64,000 nt of DNA from Octopus vulgaris (lineage: Eukaryota). The stretch lies in NCBI GenBank assembly GCA_951406725.2, contig OX597825.1, positions 19,530,001-19,594,000 on the forward strand, read 5' to 3'. This document shows positions 26,349 to 40,110 of this stretch, one piece after another. The position numbers and the translations under genes are program-made. The stretch's first letter is position 1. Every line of letters starts with the position of its first letter. The notes beneath the pieces were generated by a model, which had not been told where the DNA came from, did no database searches, and saw nothing but the letters and a program-made list of their open reading frames with translations.

Positions 26349-27125
26349 GAGTGGCTAACCAACCACGTGGTTCTGAGTTCAGTCCCATTGCGTGGCATCT
26401 TGGGCAAGTATCTCCTGCTATAGCACCGGGCCGACCAATGCCTTGAGAGTGGATATGAAAGACGGAAACTGAAAGAAGCCTGTCGTATATATGTATATAT
26501 ATATATGTATGTGTGTGTTTGCGTGTCTGTGTTTGTCCCCCTAGCATTGCTTGACAACTGATGCTGGTGTGTTTACGTCACCGTCACTTAGCGGTTCGGC
26601 AAAAGAGCCCGATAGAATAAGTACTGGGCTTACAAAGACTAAGTCCCGGGGTCGATTTGCTCGACTAAAGGTGGTACTCCAGCATGACCGCAGTCAAATG
26701 ACTGAAACAAGTAAAATAGTAAAAGAGTATATAGGTGCAGGAGTGGCTGTGTGGTAAGAAGCTTGATTCCCAACCACATGATTCCGGGCCCAGTCCCATT
26801 CCCTGGCGCCTTGGGCAAGTATCCTCTAACATAGCCTCCGGCCGACCAGAGCCTTGAGAGTGGATTTGATAGACGGAATCTCAAACAAGCACGTCGTATA
26901 TACATGTGTGTGTTTGTATTTGTGTTACTGTATTTGTCCTCCCACCATCGCTTGACAACTGATATTGTCTTGTTTATGTTCCAGTAACTTAGCTGTTCGG
27001 CAAAAGATACTGACTGAATAATTACTAGGTTTACAAAGAATAAGCTCTGGGGTCGATTTGTTTAACTAAAGACGCGGCTCCTTCATGGCCACAATCAAGT
27101 GTCTGAAAGAAGTAAAAGAATAAAA
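26349..27125 (+). mobile_element. Two SINE A copies head-to-tail (26349-26728, 26734-27125)
   Basis: Each has head, microsatellite and tail; second is more diverged. Confidence 0.88.
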
Positions 27126-27334
27126 CAATAGAATATACATACATACACACACACACATACACACATGTATATATACACACATGTATACATTTATATATGT
27201 GCGTGTGTTTGTTTGTGCGTGTGTTTGTTTATGCGTGTGTGTGTGTATGTGTGTCTGTGTTTGTATAACATGTGAATATGAAACATTAAATCCCTAATAT
27301 ATGCTATAATTACCCGGGAATTAGATATGATTAT

Positions 27335-27384
<50 letters not shown>

Positions 27385-27458
27385 ATAATAATAATAATAA
27401 TACTACTAATAATAATACTAATACTACTGCTACTATTATTAATATTATCATTATTATT
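27335..27458. repeat. (ACT)n/(AAT)n microsatellite
   Basis: Direct inspection; another (ACT)n at 29872-29929. Confidence 0.9.
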
Positions 27459-28123
27459 GCGTATTCTCTATTACAAATTGAAATATTAGCACAAAAGATA
27501 TAAATTACTGATATTCTCTTCCAATCGATATGTCATTTTACGACCCCATTCTTCTAATTCTTGGATTCTTCTGGATACGTTTCGAAATATCCAATACTAA
27601 CTGATACATTATTATATTATTTATTTCCTTGTTATATTCTTGATACACTTTCAATAATTCCTGTTACAAAACTATTCCATTTAATAACACGGAACGATTT
27701 CTTTTGTTTGATTTTTTGTTTGTTTGTTTCTTTCTTTCTTTCTTTCTTCATTTATTTTTTTAGTTTCCGCAGAAAATGGAATTTAATCATTTGAAGAGTG
27801 ATGGAGTGTCACTTAAAAGCAGCAACACTACACAAGATTCCACACTTCACTATAAAGCTGTGCTATCGAGAAATACAAATAACTAACAGCCAAGTGAGCA
27901 ACTGCGTCAAAGTGGACAAGAAATCTCCCGAGGAATTATGCAATTACCGAATTGCCAGCCGTAATGGTTGGGTTGTTTTTGTGTGTGTTTTTTTATATCA
28001 CTATAATTGTAGTTTTGATATTCTTACAATATTCAATGCAGAAAAAATATAGGTCTGGTATTCAAAATTAAAAGTGCTCGCGAGAATACATTCGCAAATG
28101 TTATTAACATAAGCGAGAATAGT

Positions 28124-28252
<129 letters not shown>

Positions 28253-28535
28253 GGCATTCATTTGTGGCACATTGCATTTAGTTATTCTAGGCAAAAATAA
28301 GTTGTTTGGAAATTGATAGATTCAGTAGGAAAAAAATTATTTTAAATGTATTGATAAAATAACGAAAGAACGAGAAGTCCTAACATAAAAGAATAAATGT
28401 ATATTTATGTAGAGGCTCATTATAGTAGGAGTGATTTTAATATGATTGTAGGTTGCGACGGCTTAAGCAAAAGGTCAAAGGAATACATTTTTCCCTACAC
28501 CCAACTAATCACCCCCAGCTTGACCATACATGCAT

Positions 28536-28923
<388 letters not shown>

Positions 28924-29572
28924 TTTATTATTGTTACTAAACCTGAAAAAACATCACAAAAACATCACACAGAACTGCTACTCTGAGTTTCATGTTCCCG
29001 TTCGTCGGACACTTTACAATCCAAACATGGAAACGCACACACATACAAACTATACATGTTCAGCCTCATGCGGACGCCTCGTGTATAGTTTTGCAAATTA
29101 TATTTTGCTATGATGATCTCACTGACGAGTTGCGGACATTATTAATAATAATAAAGCATATTACTCTACCTCAGGTGTTTGAGTACTATTTTCCCTCCTT
29201 GTTTCACATTTATGTGCTTACCTTGTTATATATATATAACATATGAACATCAAACGCACCCATCCAGGCGCACCTTCGCACACGAATGAAAACGTACACA
29301 CATACACATATCTCTATATATGAAGCAGATACAATTGCGTAAATGCATATATATAAATGTGTTTGTGTGTCTGAATACATACGTATATCTATCTCTCTAT
29401 TGATCTAGCTAGCTAGCATTCAATCAAATATTTCCGTATATATTTTCCTATTCAAGGAAAATATATAACTTTTTGAAGAATCATTGAAAATTGCTCAATG
29501 CATTCAAAGGAAGTCACTGTGTGTATCATAAAACAATTATAATACGTACCACAGCACACTATCTTTTATTAG

Positions 29573-29658
<86 letters not shown>

Positions 29659-29871
29659 TATATTCATTATACAATACAAAATTTATACTTTGTATTTTAT
29701 AATTGTGCTATTTTTTGTGCGTTTTAATTTTTTACCTGTCAAACGTTTGACACACCATCTACTCAAATCAAGAATAACAAATCAATAACCACGTTTCTTG
29801 TCTTCTACTCTCGTTTTCATCCATCTTTCTCATTTTCATCTCCCTTTCTTCTTTCCTCCGCTTCTTCCACT

Positions 29872-29929
<58 letters not shown>

Positions 29930-30360
29930 GTTACGTATTTATTACGTATCATACAGAAAAAAATCAGTCGTGTGAAAAGAGTAACATGGTTCTGAGAAAA
30001 ATTGAAATTACATAGAAGTCGTACTGTGATCTCAAAGTTAAAGTTTCAAATCAACAAATTGAACGACAAATAGCAGGCAAGATTGTAGCTTCTTTTTTTT
30101 TTTTTTCATTTAACAGTTCTTTGGAGCCTATAAATTATCTTTTACACTGTTTAACATCTCCTTATCGTAATTGAAGTTTAGGTTTATGCTTACTTTCAGG
30201 TTTGCAGTATCATTTCAAGGATAAATGTGTCTGCCAGTCCCGGTGAGCGACACCTAATCGGCGATCGGCGTACGACAAAATAATACCTGTAAATAATTTG
30301 AAAATAGTTCATGCGACAGCTGAAATTTCATTTCAAAGGAGATACAGAGTATCTACATAC

Positions 30361-30479
30361 TTAGAATTTCAGTTCCAGCCCAAATACATGACACTTTGTA
30401 CAGGTATCTTCAACTATATTCCCAGGCCGATCGATGCCTTGGGAGTGGAATTCATAGGCGGGAACTGTGTGTAAGACAG

Positions 30480-30539
<60 letters not shown>

Positions 30540-30663
30540 ATGTATGTGTGTGTGTGTGTATACAAAACTTACAAAATAATACTGTGTTCAATTGGCTCCA
30601 CTAAATCCTTCGAGGCTGTGCTCCAGTATGACCGCAGCCCCAATGACTGGAGTAAGTAGAATA
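30361..30663 (+). mobile_element. SINE A, diverged and deleted
   Basis: GGCCGATCGATGCCTTG.GAGTGGA and GTGCTCCAG.ATGACCGCAG motifs. Confidence 0.6.
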
Positions 30664-30675
30664 AGGCTGGTAAAA

Positions 30676-30909
30676 GGCGGCGAGCTGGCAGAAACGTTAG
30701 CACGCCGGGTGAAATGCTTAGCGGCATTTCGTTTGCCGTTACGTTGTGAGTTCAAATTCCGCCGTGGTCGACTTTGCCTTTCATCCTTTCGGGGTCGATA
30801 AATTAAGTACCAGTTACGCACTGGGGTCGGTATAATCGACTTAATCCGTTTGTCTGTCCTTGATGGTCCCCTCTATGTTTAGCCCCTTGTGGGCAGTAAA
30901 GAAATAAGA
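30676..30909 (+). mobile_element. SINE B, full length reference copy
   Basis: GGCGGCGAGCTGGCAGAA head, B box GAGTTCAAATTCC, GTCGACTTTGCCTTTCATCC core, TAAAGAAATA tail. Confidence 0.9.
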
Positions 30910-31022
30910 AACAATTTATGGTTCAATGAGGTGCATTTTAAAGTAATAGTTACAATGAAATAATGAAAGTAACATAAAAATAATGTTAAAAAATATTATA
31001 AATTAAAATTAAAATGATTGAC

Positions 31023-31295
31023 ACAGCTCTATATTTAAGAGATGAGGGATTATGTGCATTATTTAAGTTATTTACATTATTTACGTACAACGGATATTTG
31101 TCCTCATCTTGTTTGTTGATAACACAGCGTTCTTCAAGTGTCTTGGGGAAATTCTGAACCAGAGTTTTCATTCTTAAGGTATTTTTCGATGTTATTATTA
31201 TTATTATTGTTGTTGTTGTTGTTGTTAGTGTTTAGGACACTGCTTGGAATCGAACTCGGAATCTTAGGATTAGTAGCCCGCGCTCTTACTCACCA
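31023..31295 (-). mobile_element. SINE D, hammerhead stem II deleted
   Basis: Reverse complement of 9003-9280; reads GACACTTGAAGAACGCTGTG at the ribozyme position. Confidence 0.85.
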
Positions 31296-31313
31296 ACAAT
31301 GATAATAACAATG

Positions 31314-31355
<42 letters not shown>

Positions 31356-31375
31356 TTAATAATAACAATAATAAT

Positions 31376-31530
31376 ATTGAAAAATATCTTAGCAATGAGA
31401 ACTCAGGTTCAAAATTTCCCCAAGACACCTGAAGAAGCCTGGAAGGCATATCAGCCGAAACGCTGTGTTAACAATAAACAGGATGAGGACAAATATCCCT
31501 CGAATGTAAATAATGTAAATAATGTAAATA
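31376..31530 (+). mobile_element. SINE D tail, divergent to the adjacent copy
   Basis: Matches 9101-9245. Confidence 0.85.
31424..31469 (+). ncRNA. Minimal type I hammerhead motif (duplicate at 41703-41748)
   Basis: GACAC-CTGAAGA-A-GCCTG(10 nt)CAGCC-GAAAC-GCT-GTGTT; cleavage triplet mutated. Confidence 0.6.
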
Positions 31531-32561
31531 TAATGATTGAGTTAATTTATTTCTGTACATGCACAAGGTGGTAGAGTTAAACATTAAAATATGCATTATT
31601 CTTTACGAGACAGCAACATAGACAACAACCTGAGGTAACAACGAAGACAACAATCTGAGAGCTCAATATGTTATGGACCGCAATAAGATGTCCTACATTT
31701 AGTAGGGATCACTAGTAAACTATCTTGATTCACAGTCACCATTAAGAAAAGTTGTGAAACATTGGTTAACAGAGCTCTTAGATGTAAATAAAGTAAAGGC
31801 TGGTGCTAACTGATACGCCTTTGAACATAGATATGTTCAATTACACCTGAGGTAATGCTAAACCAAAGAAAATAATTTATATTAATATATTAGATAGGGC
31901 TTTTCTTACCATATAATTATGAAAATAAACTGGTAAATAATTGTATCATTCCAGGGATGTACTAAAGTGCTTTCTTTAAATAACAGTTCGTTAAGAAAGT
32001 AGTTTTTCTAATAAAATAAGTACAAAAATAATCATGTTAGAGATAGTAATGATATTATAGATGATGGCATATTCCATTTAGAATATGAATTAGGGCAACA
32101 TGATAATCAATTTCAATCACTGAGGTGGATTACTTGTAGACTCGAAAAAGATAATTGGCACGCACTACAAAGCGTTGTCGTTCAAAGAAAATTGTATTAA
32201 AAATTATTATTTTTGTTTTTCTTTGGAAGGTTGATTCTGTGTGTACTGGCAAATTTCACAATTGTACAGATGATTTATCATTGTGATGAGCGTTGTGAAA
32301 ATTTACGAGACAACCACCGCATTATTGTACATTAAAATATAAAAAAAAAATTTTTGTAAAGCTAAATTGAGTTACCCGATTTTGTCACAAAAATGAAATA
32401 AAGCTGATTACTAGATTACTATATAAAGTTTTAAGTGGAATGTTATTTTCGATAAAGTTCATAAACGCTAGAATACACACACATATTTGTGAGTATTTTA
32501 TATGTATATATATATATATATATATACACATACAAACACACATGCATATATATGTATACGC

Positions 32562-32618
<57 letters not shown>

Positions 32619-32788
32619 AAGATATATATATATATACGTATATATGTATGTATATTCGCATACATATAAATATATGTGTGTATATATATATATAAATATA
32701 TATATATACATACATATATATATCTATATACATATGCTTATAGACACACATATATACATATATATATGTACATGTGTGTTTGTATATG

Positions 32789-32832
<44 letters not shown>

Positions 32833-33684
32833 CATATGCGATAAATAGAATAAAAGGTAGTATGGTGGTTTTAAGCCACATAGTCATTAAGTCGTTTAAA
32901 ATATATGAATACAGAAGCGAGTTTAGCGAAAAATAAAGGGAATCCGCAAAGTGAAAGTTCATAAACAGTTACAAATCAAAGACATAAAGTCGGAGATGAG
33001 ACAGAAGAGAATCTTAGTAGTCTTTCGTGCTGTTTCAACCTAGGTTTGTAAGTAATAAACCCGGGATTACTATCAAAACCATACAAGTGAGTGGAAAGTG
33101 CCGGAATATCTGTACAGCTGTTTCTGTGATAAGAATTAATTCTGTACATAGAGTCTATGTATAAATAAGGTTGATTTGTACAAGATTTTGCATATGATCC
33201 GGCAGAAGTTTAAATCATGTAAATACACTAGCCATGGTCAGAATAGAAATATGTTTAGGTTGGTAGACATCTAAAATATATATAAGTACAAATCTAAATA
33301 GATAAGTAGTCTATATAAATAGATAAGTAGTCTATATAAATAGAGAGAGATATATTAATAAAATTGGTTGTAGTTAGTTGACAAGGAATAAAAGCCAAAG
33401 AGAGAGATAACGATAGAAATGAGTGATGAAAACTATAGAAAGATATATAAAAGAAAAGAGAGGAGGATGGACAGAGGTACGGGAGAGGGTAATGGTGGGG
33501 AGGAAGATGTGGAGGTGAGATATTTGACTGGTGTTCATATAAAAGCAATATAATCGACGGTCAGTCTAGATTAATGGTCAAATCTAGAGGCTGGAAGGGA
33601 TGTTAAGTTAAACATCAAAAGAACGATACATATAGACATAGATTATGAAAATAAATATACTTTATCATATATATACATATATAA

Positions 33685-33749
<65 letters not shown>

Positions 33750-33753
33750 ACAC

Positions 33754-33820
<67 letters not shown>

Positions 33821-33991
33821 GTATGTAATTACGGGCGTATGTGTGTATGGATGCATGCATAAATATATCAAAGCATATATCGGTCTACGCGCTTATTAAA
33901 ATTTTTGCATAACTCCGTCCGTGACGCGTGCTCATTTATTAATCTATCATTTTAATTTTCCTTTATCATAAGGATAGCACCTGTCTACTAG

Positions 33992-34035
<44 letters not shown>

Positions 34036-34182
34036 GTATATTTTTATTTTGCATACTCTGAATTATATATGCATACATATATATGCATGTGTGTATGCAT
34101 GTATGAATGAATATGTTTCATCGCTGCATCTCAGTGAGTGGGTGGGTGCGTATTATTATATAATATGCATATGCATATGTAC

Positions 34183-34252
<70 letters not shown>

Positions 34253-34568
34253 ATGTATGTATGTATATATATTAATATATATTGTTTGTTCCAGTCATTG
34301 CAATGTGCTTGTGGTGGAATACAGATTTAATGGTCAAGTCGATAACATCCACAAAAGTTCGTAACCGATAAATAATTTATCAATTTATCAGATTAATAGC
34401 AAAGTATTGTTGATTAATATGTACTTGGAGGGATAAAGTCAAATATATTGATACATAGATAGGTCTGTATGTAGGTACTCAAGTTGATCTACAGCCAAAT
34501 TATAACTATTAAACATATAGGTATATATTATATTAAATATGTATGCATAATATATACATGTGTATATT

Positions 34569-34625
<57 letters not shown>

Positions 34626-34841
34626 GTACATATATATATATGCATGTAGATATATATGTGCGTGTGGCTGTGTGTGTATACATACATAGATATATATATA
34701 TATATATATACATAAATATATACAGATATATACATATACATGCATATATATACATACATACATATATAGATATATATAAATATATATACATAAATATATA
34801 CATATATATACATATACATGCATATATATATACATACATAC

Positions 34842-34890
<49 letters not shown>

Positions 34891-34916
34891 CATATATATA
34901 TACATACATACATATA

Positions 34917-34998
<82 letters not shown>

Positions 34999-35284
34999 AA
35001 CATATATACGTATATATATATATATATATATATATACATACATAATTTCCGTGTGTTGATTGAAAAAGTGAAAGAAATATTTTATTTCTACGCCTTTGAT
35101 GTTCAATACTAAACATCTAAATTTAGAGACTGAATAATGTGAATAATATATTCAAATCCTAAACTCCTGTTTCTGTTCATTGCATAATATTATATTATTA
35201 TATTATTCCCTGTGTGTGGGTGTGTATATGTGTGGGCTTGTGGGGGTGTTTGGCTGTGCCTGTACCTGTCTTTGTGTGTTTCTC

Positions 35285-35380
<96 letters not shown>

Positions 35381-35383
<3 letters not shown>

Positions 35384-35535
35384 GACTGAGTGGAAAGAAG
35401 ATTGCTTCTCAACCACATGGTTTTTTAGTACAATTCCGCTGCGTGACACCTTGCACAGGTGTAATCTGCTCCACACTCGAGTCCACCAAAGCCTAGTGAG
35501 TGGACTTGGTAGACGAAAACTGAAAGAAGCCTGTC

Positions 35536-35537
<2 letters not shown>
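35381..35537 (+). mobile_element. SINE A 5' half
   Basis: AACCACATGG..TTGGTAGACGAAAACTGAAAGAAGCCTGTCG; a reverse fragment lies at 36016-36136. Confidence 0.75.
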
Positions 35538-35591
<54 letters not shown>

Positions 35592-35597
35592 ATAATA

Positions 35598-35879
35598 ATA
35601 TTAGGAGTAAATCCAAACTTACAGGGAAAAATTAGATTTAGGATTTAATCTAATTTTACAGTATTAAACATATATATATTAAATTAGAGATAAAACGACT
35701 ATTAGGCAAATCAAACAGTCAAAAACATGAGCCAATACATAGAAATAAAATTAATTAATATAATATACAAAATATATTTTGTGTTTTATATATTTTGTAT
35801 ATTATATTAATGAATTTTCTTTCTATGTATTGGTTTATGTATTTCACTGTTTGATTTGCCCAATTTTATCTATAATTTA

Positions 35880-35882
<3 letters not shown>
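35598..35882. mobile_element. Fold-back repeat family E
   Basis: Same leader and arms as 28637; a lone arm at 36930-36990. Confidence 0.8.
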
Positions 35883-35925
<43 letters not shown>

Positions 35926-37039
35926 CTATGTATGTATGTATGTATGTATGTATGTATGTATGTATATGTATATTTATTTGTATACATATACATATGTATA
36001 TGTATACATAAAGGATTTCTTTCAGTTACCATTTCCAAAGTAAACTTAAAGGCTGTAATCGGCCTTGCCGCATCGGGGCGGAACCCGGAACAGTGTTGTT
36101 GGGAAACAAACTTCTTACCACGCGACCACACCTGCATATATAAAAGAATCGATGTCTCCTTGAGGTATTTGAACCTACACTCTGTACGAACACGACAGAT
36201 GTGCTACCATAATATTAAAACAGTGAAAACCTTTTCTTTTCTACAAATTAGGATTAGCGGTTGCTTTCATTGTTTATATAGTGTTAAGAATAACATAACT
36301 GTGTCAAGTTTTGCCTTTCGTTGCAAATCTTCAAATTAGATTACAATATTTTTTCTGCACCACTAGCCGACAAACGCACACAAACGCTAAATTTAATTAC
36401 ACATTTGGTTTCGTTAAAATAATTTATGAAACATGTCACATTGAATTATTACATGCATTACATTTAAAATTGAAAGTTAGCTTTTTTTTTCTTAAAGCCT
36501 TCAATTGAAATCACTTACGTCAACGTTTCAATATATAGTAAGTCACAAAGAGCCCCTGATTGAAATATACTTGCATTTACAGGTATTTTTTTGTATGAAA
36601 AGTTAAAGACATATATCTCATTAGATATTGTAACTATATTTGAGAGCTTATTTATGGTATTTTATTTTATTTATTGTACTTAGTGACAGTATTTCCTACA
36701 ACGTTGGACATCTGTGCGCTTTATTGGGATTTTGAAACACACATGCATACAATTATATATACATATATATGTATGTATGTTAAAAAAAATAAATAAATAA
36801 ATAAATAAATTAATTAATTAATTAAATAATATATAAATACAAAAATATACATTCATACATATATATATATTTGTATATATATATAAAATTTATAGGTTTA
36901 ATTATTTAAATAATTTTTTATTTTTATATATTGGCTTATGTTTTCACTGTTTGATTTGTCTAATAGTGGTTTTATCTCTAATTTAATATAATATATATAT
37001 AAGTATATACACGAACAAAACGCCCCCCCCCCCCTCGTC

Positions 37040-37330
37040 CAATGGACGGTGCTGAGTTGTCAAACATTTAAACCAAATTTTCTCAAAACAACTTGTCCGA
37101 CCGTCCCATAGGCCTCCCCTTTGAGAAACACTGAGTTAACCTAAATTTGAGACACCAGCAAAATGAGAAATAAAGATAGAGTTTTTTCTATTCCAAAGAA
37201 TGCTTTATCAATCGCATTCTCACCTGGAATCGATTTCTGTACGTTTTTTCGGTATCTACATATCAAATTTGAGCGCCATCAGATGGAGGATGCCTGAGAT
37301 CCTAGAAGACACACACACAGACATAGAGTT
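37040..37330 (+). mobile_element. Internally deleted copy of the 3105-3631 repeat
   Basis: Direct match, lacking about 200 bp between TTCCAAAGAA and GCTTTATC. Confidence 0.8.
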
Positions 37331-37751
37331 GGATATGAGAGCAAAGCTTTTGTATAACATTGTATTTAAAATTCAATATGGGTTCCTCATGTAAGAACCA
37401 GCTTCTTGAGTCGCCCAGGAATGGTGTCAACTGATTTCACCAGGAACACTTATGGGATGGCAAAAATTATGTCTCGTATTCCTCCTTAAAATTCTTACAA
37501 AGTATTTTGTTTGGTACACTAGACGTGTTCCATTAACCAAGAAAGCACGATGTTTTGTCAGGACACCTGTCTGGCCACTAACGTGGATCATGTCGACCCA
37601 TCAATCTCCCTGGGTAGTGGACATTCAGCCATTCGCGAATGACAACAGTGATAAGATTTTAGATTTACAGATTAAATTCTCATTTACAGATTAAATTCTC
37701 ATACAAGCAAAAAATATATCAGAAAATAACTACAATTATTAAATAATTGAG

Positions 37752-37986
37752 TATACTGTCAACTTAACGTGACAGTCTATAAAGGGAATCATACCACCGC
37801 TATGTAGCCCTAGGAAGCATCAACGCTTCCTGTAGGCCTTGACATATTTCCTGTGTCCTTATGTTTACAAAGGGGAGACAAGCACCCCTATCCAGCTAAG
37901 CCTGCATCGAGAGACTACTTTCTGAATCTTTGCTCCCCATCAGTCTGGAGTAGCATGGCCTGCTAGCTGAAGATATCTGTCTAGAC
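37752..37986 (-). mobile_element. Penelope-like terminal repeat, left inverted copy
   Basis: Reverse complement of 38821-39058; degenerate hammerhead at 37907-37949. Confidence 0.65.
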
Positions 37987-37995
37987 TTTGTAAAC

Positions 37996-38710
37996 ATTCT
38001 TCTTCTATCCGCTCAGTCGAAGTCGACTCTCGGTTACTCGCTGGATCAGTGTCCTCCAGTCAGTTCTATCCTGGGCCGCTTCTTTTAGATTGGCTATGTC
38101 CTGTCCGGTATCACTCTTGTTGGTGTCAAGCCAGCGGGTTCTTGGTCGACCTCTTCCTCTCTTGCCACTGACCATTCCGAGCATGATGTCCTTCTCCAGG
38201 GATTTTCTCCGCATAATATGACCAAAATATGCCAATCTATGCTTGGTGATCCTAGCTTCTAGCGACATTTTCGGCCTGATCTGCTTAAGAACTTCTCCAT
38301 TGGTGAGCCATGGAATCCGTAAAAGTCTTCTCTAAAACCCAAAGCTCGAATGCATTAATTCTCTTCTGGTCAACTTTCTTTAGTGTCCAGGTCTCGCATC
38401 CATATGTTGCTATTGGGAAGACAATTGCATTCACCAAACTGTATTTGGTAGCAAGTCTGATGTATCTACACTTCCAGACCCTGCTCATGCTGACCATTGC
38501 CTCTCTGCCTAGTATTATCCGCCGTCTTATTTCTGGAGTGTAGTCACCATCTCGATTTATTTTGGAGCCAAGGAAGATGAAATCATCAACCACTTCGATA
38601 TCTTCATTATGGATCTTGATGCTGATGTTTGTTGTGGCTGCTGTTGACATGATCTTCGTTTTCTTAACATTGAGGTACAGCCCAAATTTCTCACTCTCTT
38701 TCTTGACCAT
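37996..38710 (-). mobile_element. 5'-truncated RTE-clade (BovB-like) LINE (duplicate at about 48257-48971)
   Basis: GLYLNVKKTKIM, FIFLGS, YGCETWT, LAYFGHIMRR, GKRGRGRPRTRWLD, DRTDWR; frameshift near 38290-38340; short (AAG)n tail. Confidence 0.92.
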
Positions 38711-38754
38711 ACCTATAATTTCAGTGAAGTAAATTTACTGATCACCCAAAATAG

Positions 38755-39118
38755 AAATATTAAATTTCTAAATATCTTAGAGAGATATAAGCAATGGTGG
38801 AACGATAGAGCAGTTGTATACTGTCTAGACAGGTATCTTCAGCTAGCAGGCCATGCTACTCCAGACTGATGACGAACAAGACTCAGAAACATGTCTCTGG
38901 ATGCAGGCTTAGCTGAGTGGGGATGCTTGTCTCCCCTTTGTAAACATAAGGACACAGGGAATGTGCCAAGGTCGACAGGAAGCGTGGATGCTTCCTAGGG
39001 CTAAATAGCGGTGGTGTGATTCCCTGTATGAGACTGTCACGTTAAGTTGACAGTATACAACTACTCTATCGTTCCACCATTGCTTATATCTAGCTGAGAT
39101 ATTTAGAAATTTAATATA
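38755..39118 (+). mobile_element. Penelope-like terminal repeat enclosed by roughly 68-bp inverted ends
   Basis: 38755-38825 inverted against 39049-39118; internal hammerhead motif. Confidence 0.65.
38860..38901 (+). ncRNA. Minimal type I hammerhead motif (duplicate at 49119-49160)
   Basis: TCCAGA-CTGATGA-13 nt-GAAAC-AT-GTC-TCTGGA: 6-bp stem I, palindromic ACATGT stem III, GUC site; stem II weak. Confidence 0.7.
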
Positions 39119-39223
39119 TTTCCAGTAAATAATTTATATTTCAAAATAGGGACATACTTTTCAGGTTACCCTGTACACAAGCGCGCGAACATATACGCTC
39201 ACACGCACATATATATATATATA

Positions 39224-39462
39224 TTTGTTTTTGTTTGTTTTGTTTTTGTGTTTTCCAGTTTCAGCTCTTGAGCTGTGGCCATGCTGAGGCACCGCCATTG
39301 TGGTGAAAGAGTACAGCAGGGATCACCACCTCTGCCGGAGCCTCGTAGAGCTTTTAGGTGTTTTCGCTCAATAAACACACACAACGCCCGGTCTGAGAAT
39401 CGAAACCAAGCGATCCTGCGACCGCGAGTCCGCTGCCCTAACCACTAGGCCATTGCGCCTCC
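39224..39462 (-). mobile_element. SINE C with family-A-like tail; absent from the duplicate copy
   Basis: Full head GGAGGCGCAATGGCCTAGTGG; empty (TA)n site at about 49470-49500. Confidence 0.9.
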
Positions 39463-39479
39463 ATATATATATATATATA

Positions 39480-39765
39480 AATTAATAAATAAATAAAACA
39501 TGCATATATACATACATATATGTACGTACCTACCTCCACATTTATATATACATGCATATAAAGGTACACCAAAAAACACAAAGGTACACCAAAAATATAC
39601 ACAATAAAGGTAGGACTTAACACAATGAAAACGAAAACATAAACACAAAACCAAGGAAATGGACATTTTTCTTAAACAAGGAAAAATGGAGTACAGGACA
39701 TACAAAACAGGGACAATTCCCTTCTCCAGTCGCCTTAGTTTCATCTACTCCACGTTTCGAAGGTC
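39480..39765 (-). mobile_element. Repeat related to 62010-62270, probably Penelope-derived
   Basis: CCTTCGAAACGTGGAG.AGATGAAAC..ACTG.AGAAGGG shared. Confidence 0.6.
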
Positions 39766-39768
39766 ATA

Positions 39769-39920
39769 TACGTAGGCTGATCAATAAGTATCCGGACTGC
39801 AGCAATAGTAAGGAAGCTAAAGCACGCAGTATAAAGCTGCTTGGCACAGATTGACCATGAACTCTGCTGCGCATGCGCATTAAGTTTTAACGTTATAGCT
39901 GTTTACAGCAGTGCTTGGAA
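39769..39920 (+). mobile_element. Mariner-like transposon end
   Basis: TA|CGTAGGCTGATCAATAAGTATCCG resembles mariner TIRs; partner end not seen. Confidence 0.45.
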
Positions 39921-39961
39921 GTGAGGTTTGTGTGTGTGTGTGTGTGTGTGTGTGTTTTATG

Positions 39962-40110
39962 TTTAGCAGCATTTCGTCCGTCTACGTTCGGAGTTCAAAC
40001 TCTGTCGAGTTTAACTGTGACTCTTATGCTTTCGGGTTCGACAAATTAAGTACCAGTCGAATGCTGGAGTAAATATAATCAATTATTCCCCTACACTAAA
40101 ATGTCAAGCC
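39962..40110 (+). mobile_element. SINE B fragment
   Basis: GAGTTCAAA, AAATTAAGTACCAGT motifs. Confidence 0.6.

Noticed and set aside
38005-38710. Functional reverse transcriptase gene
   Set aside because: 5'-truncated downstream of the YADD motif and frameshifted.
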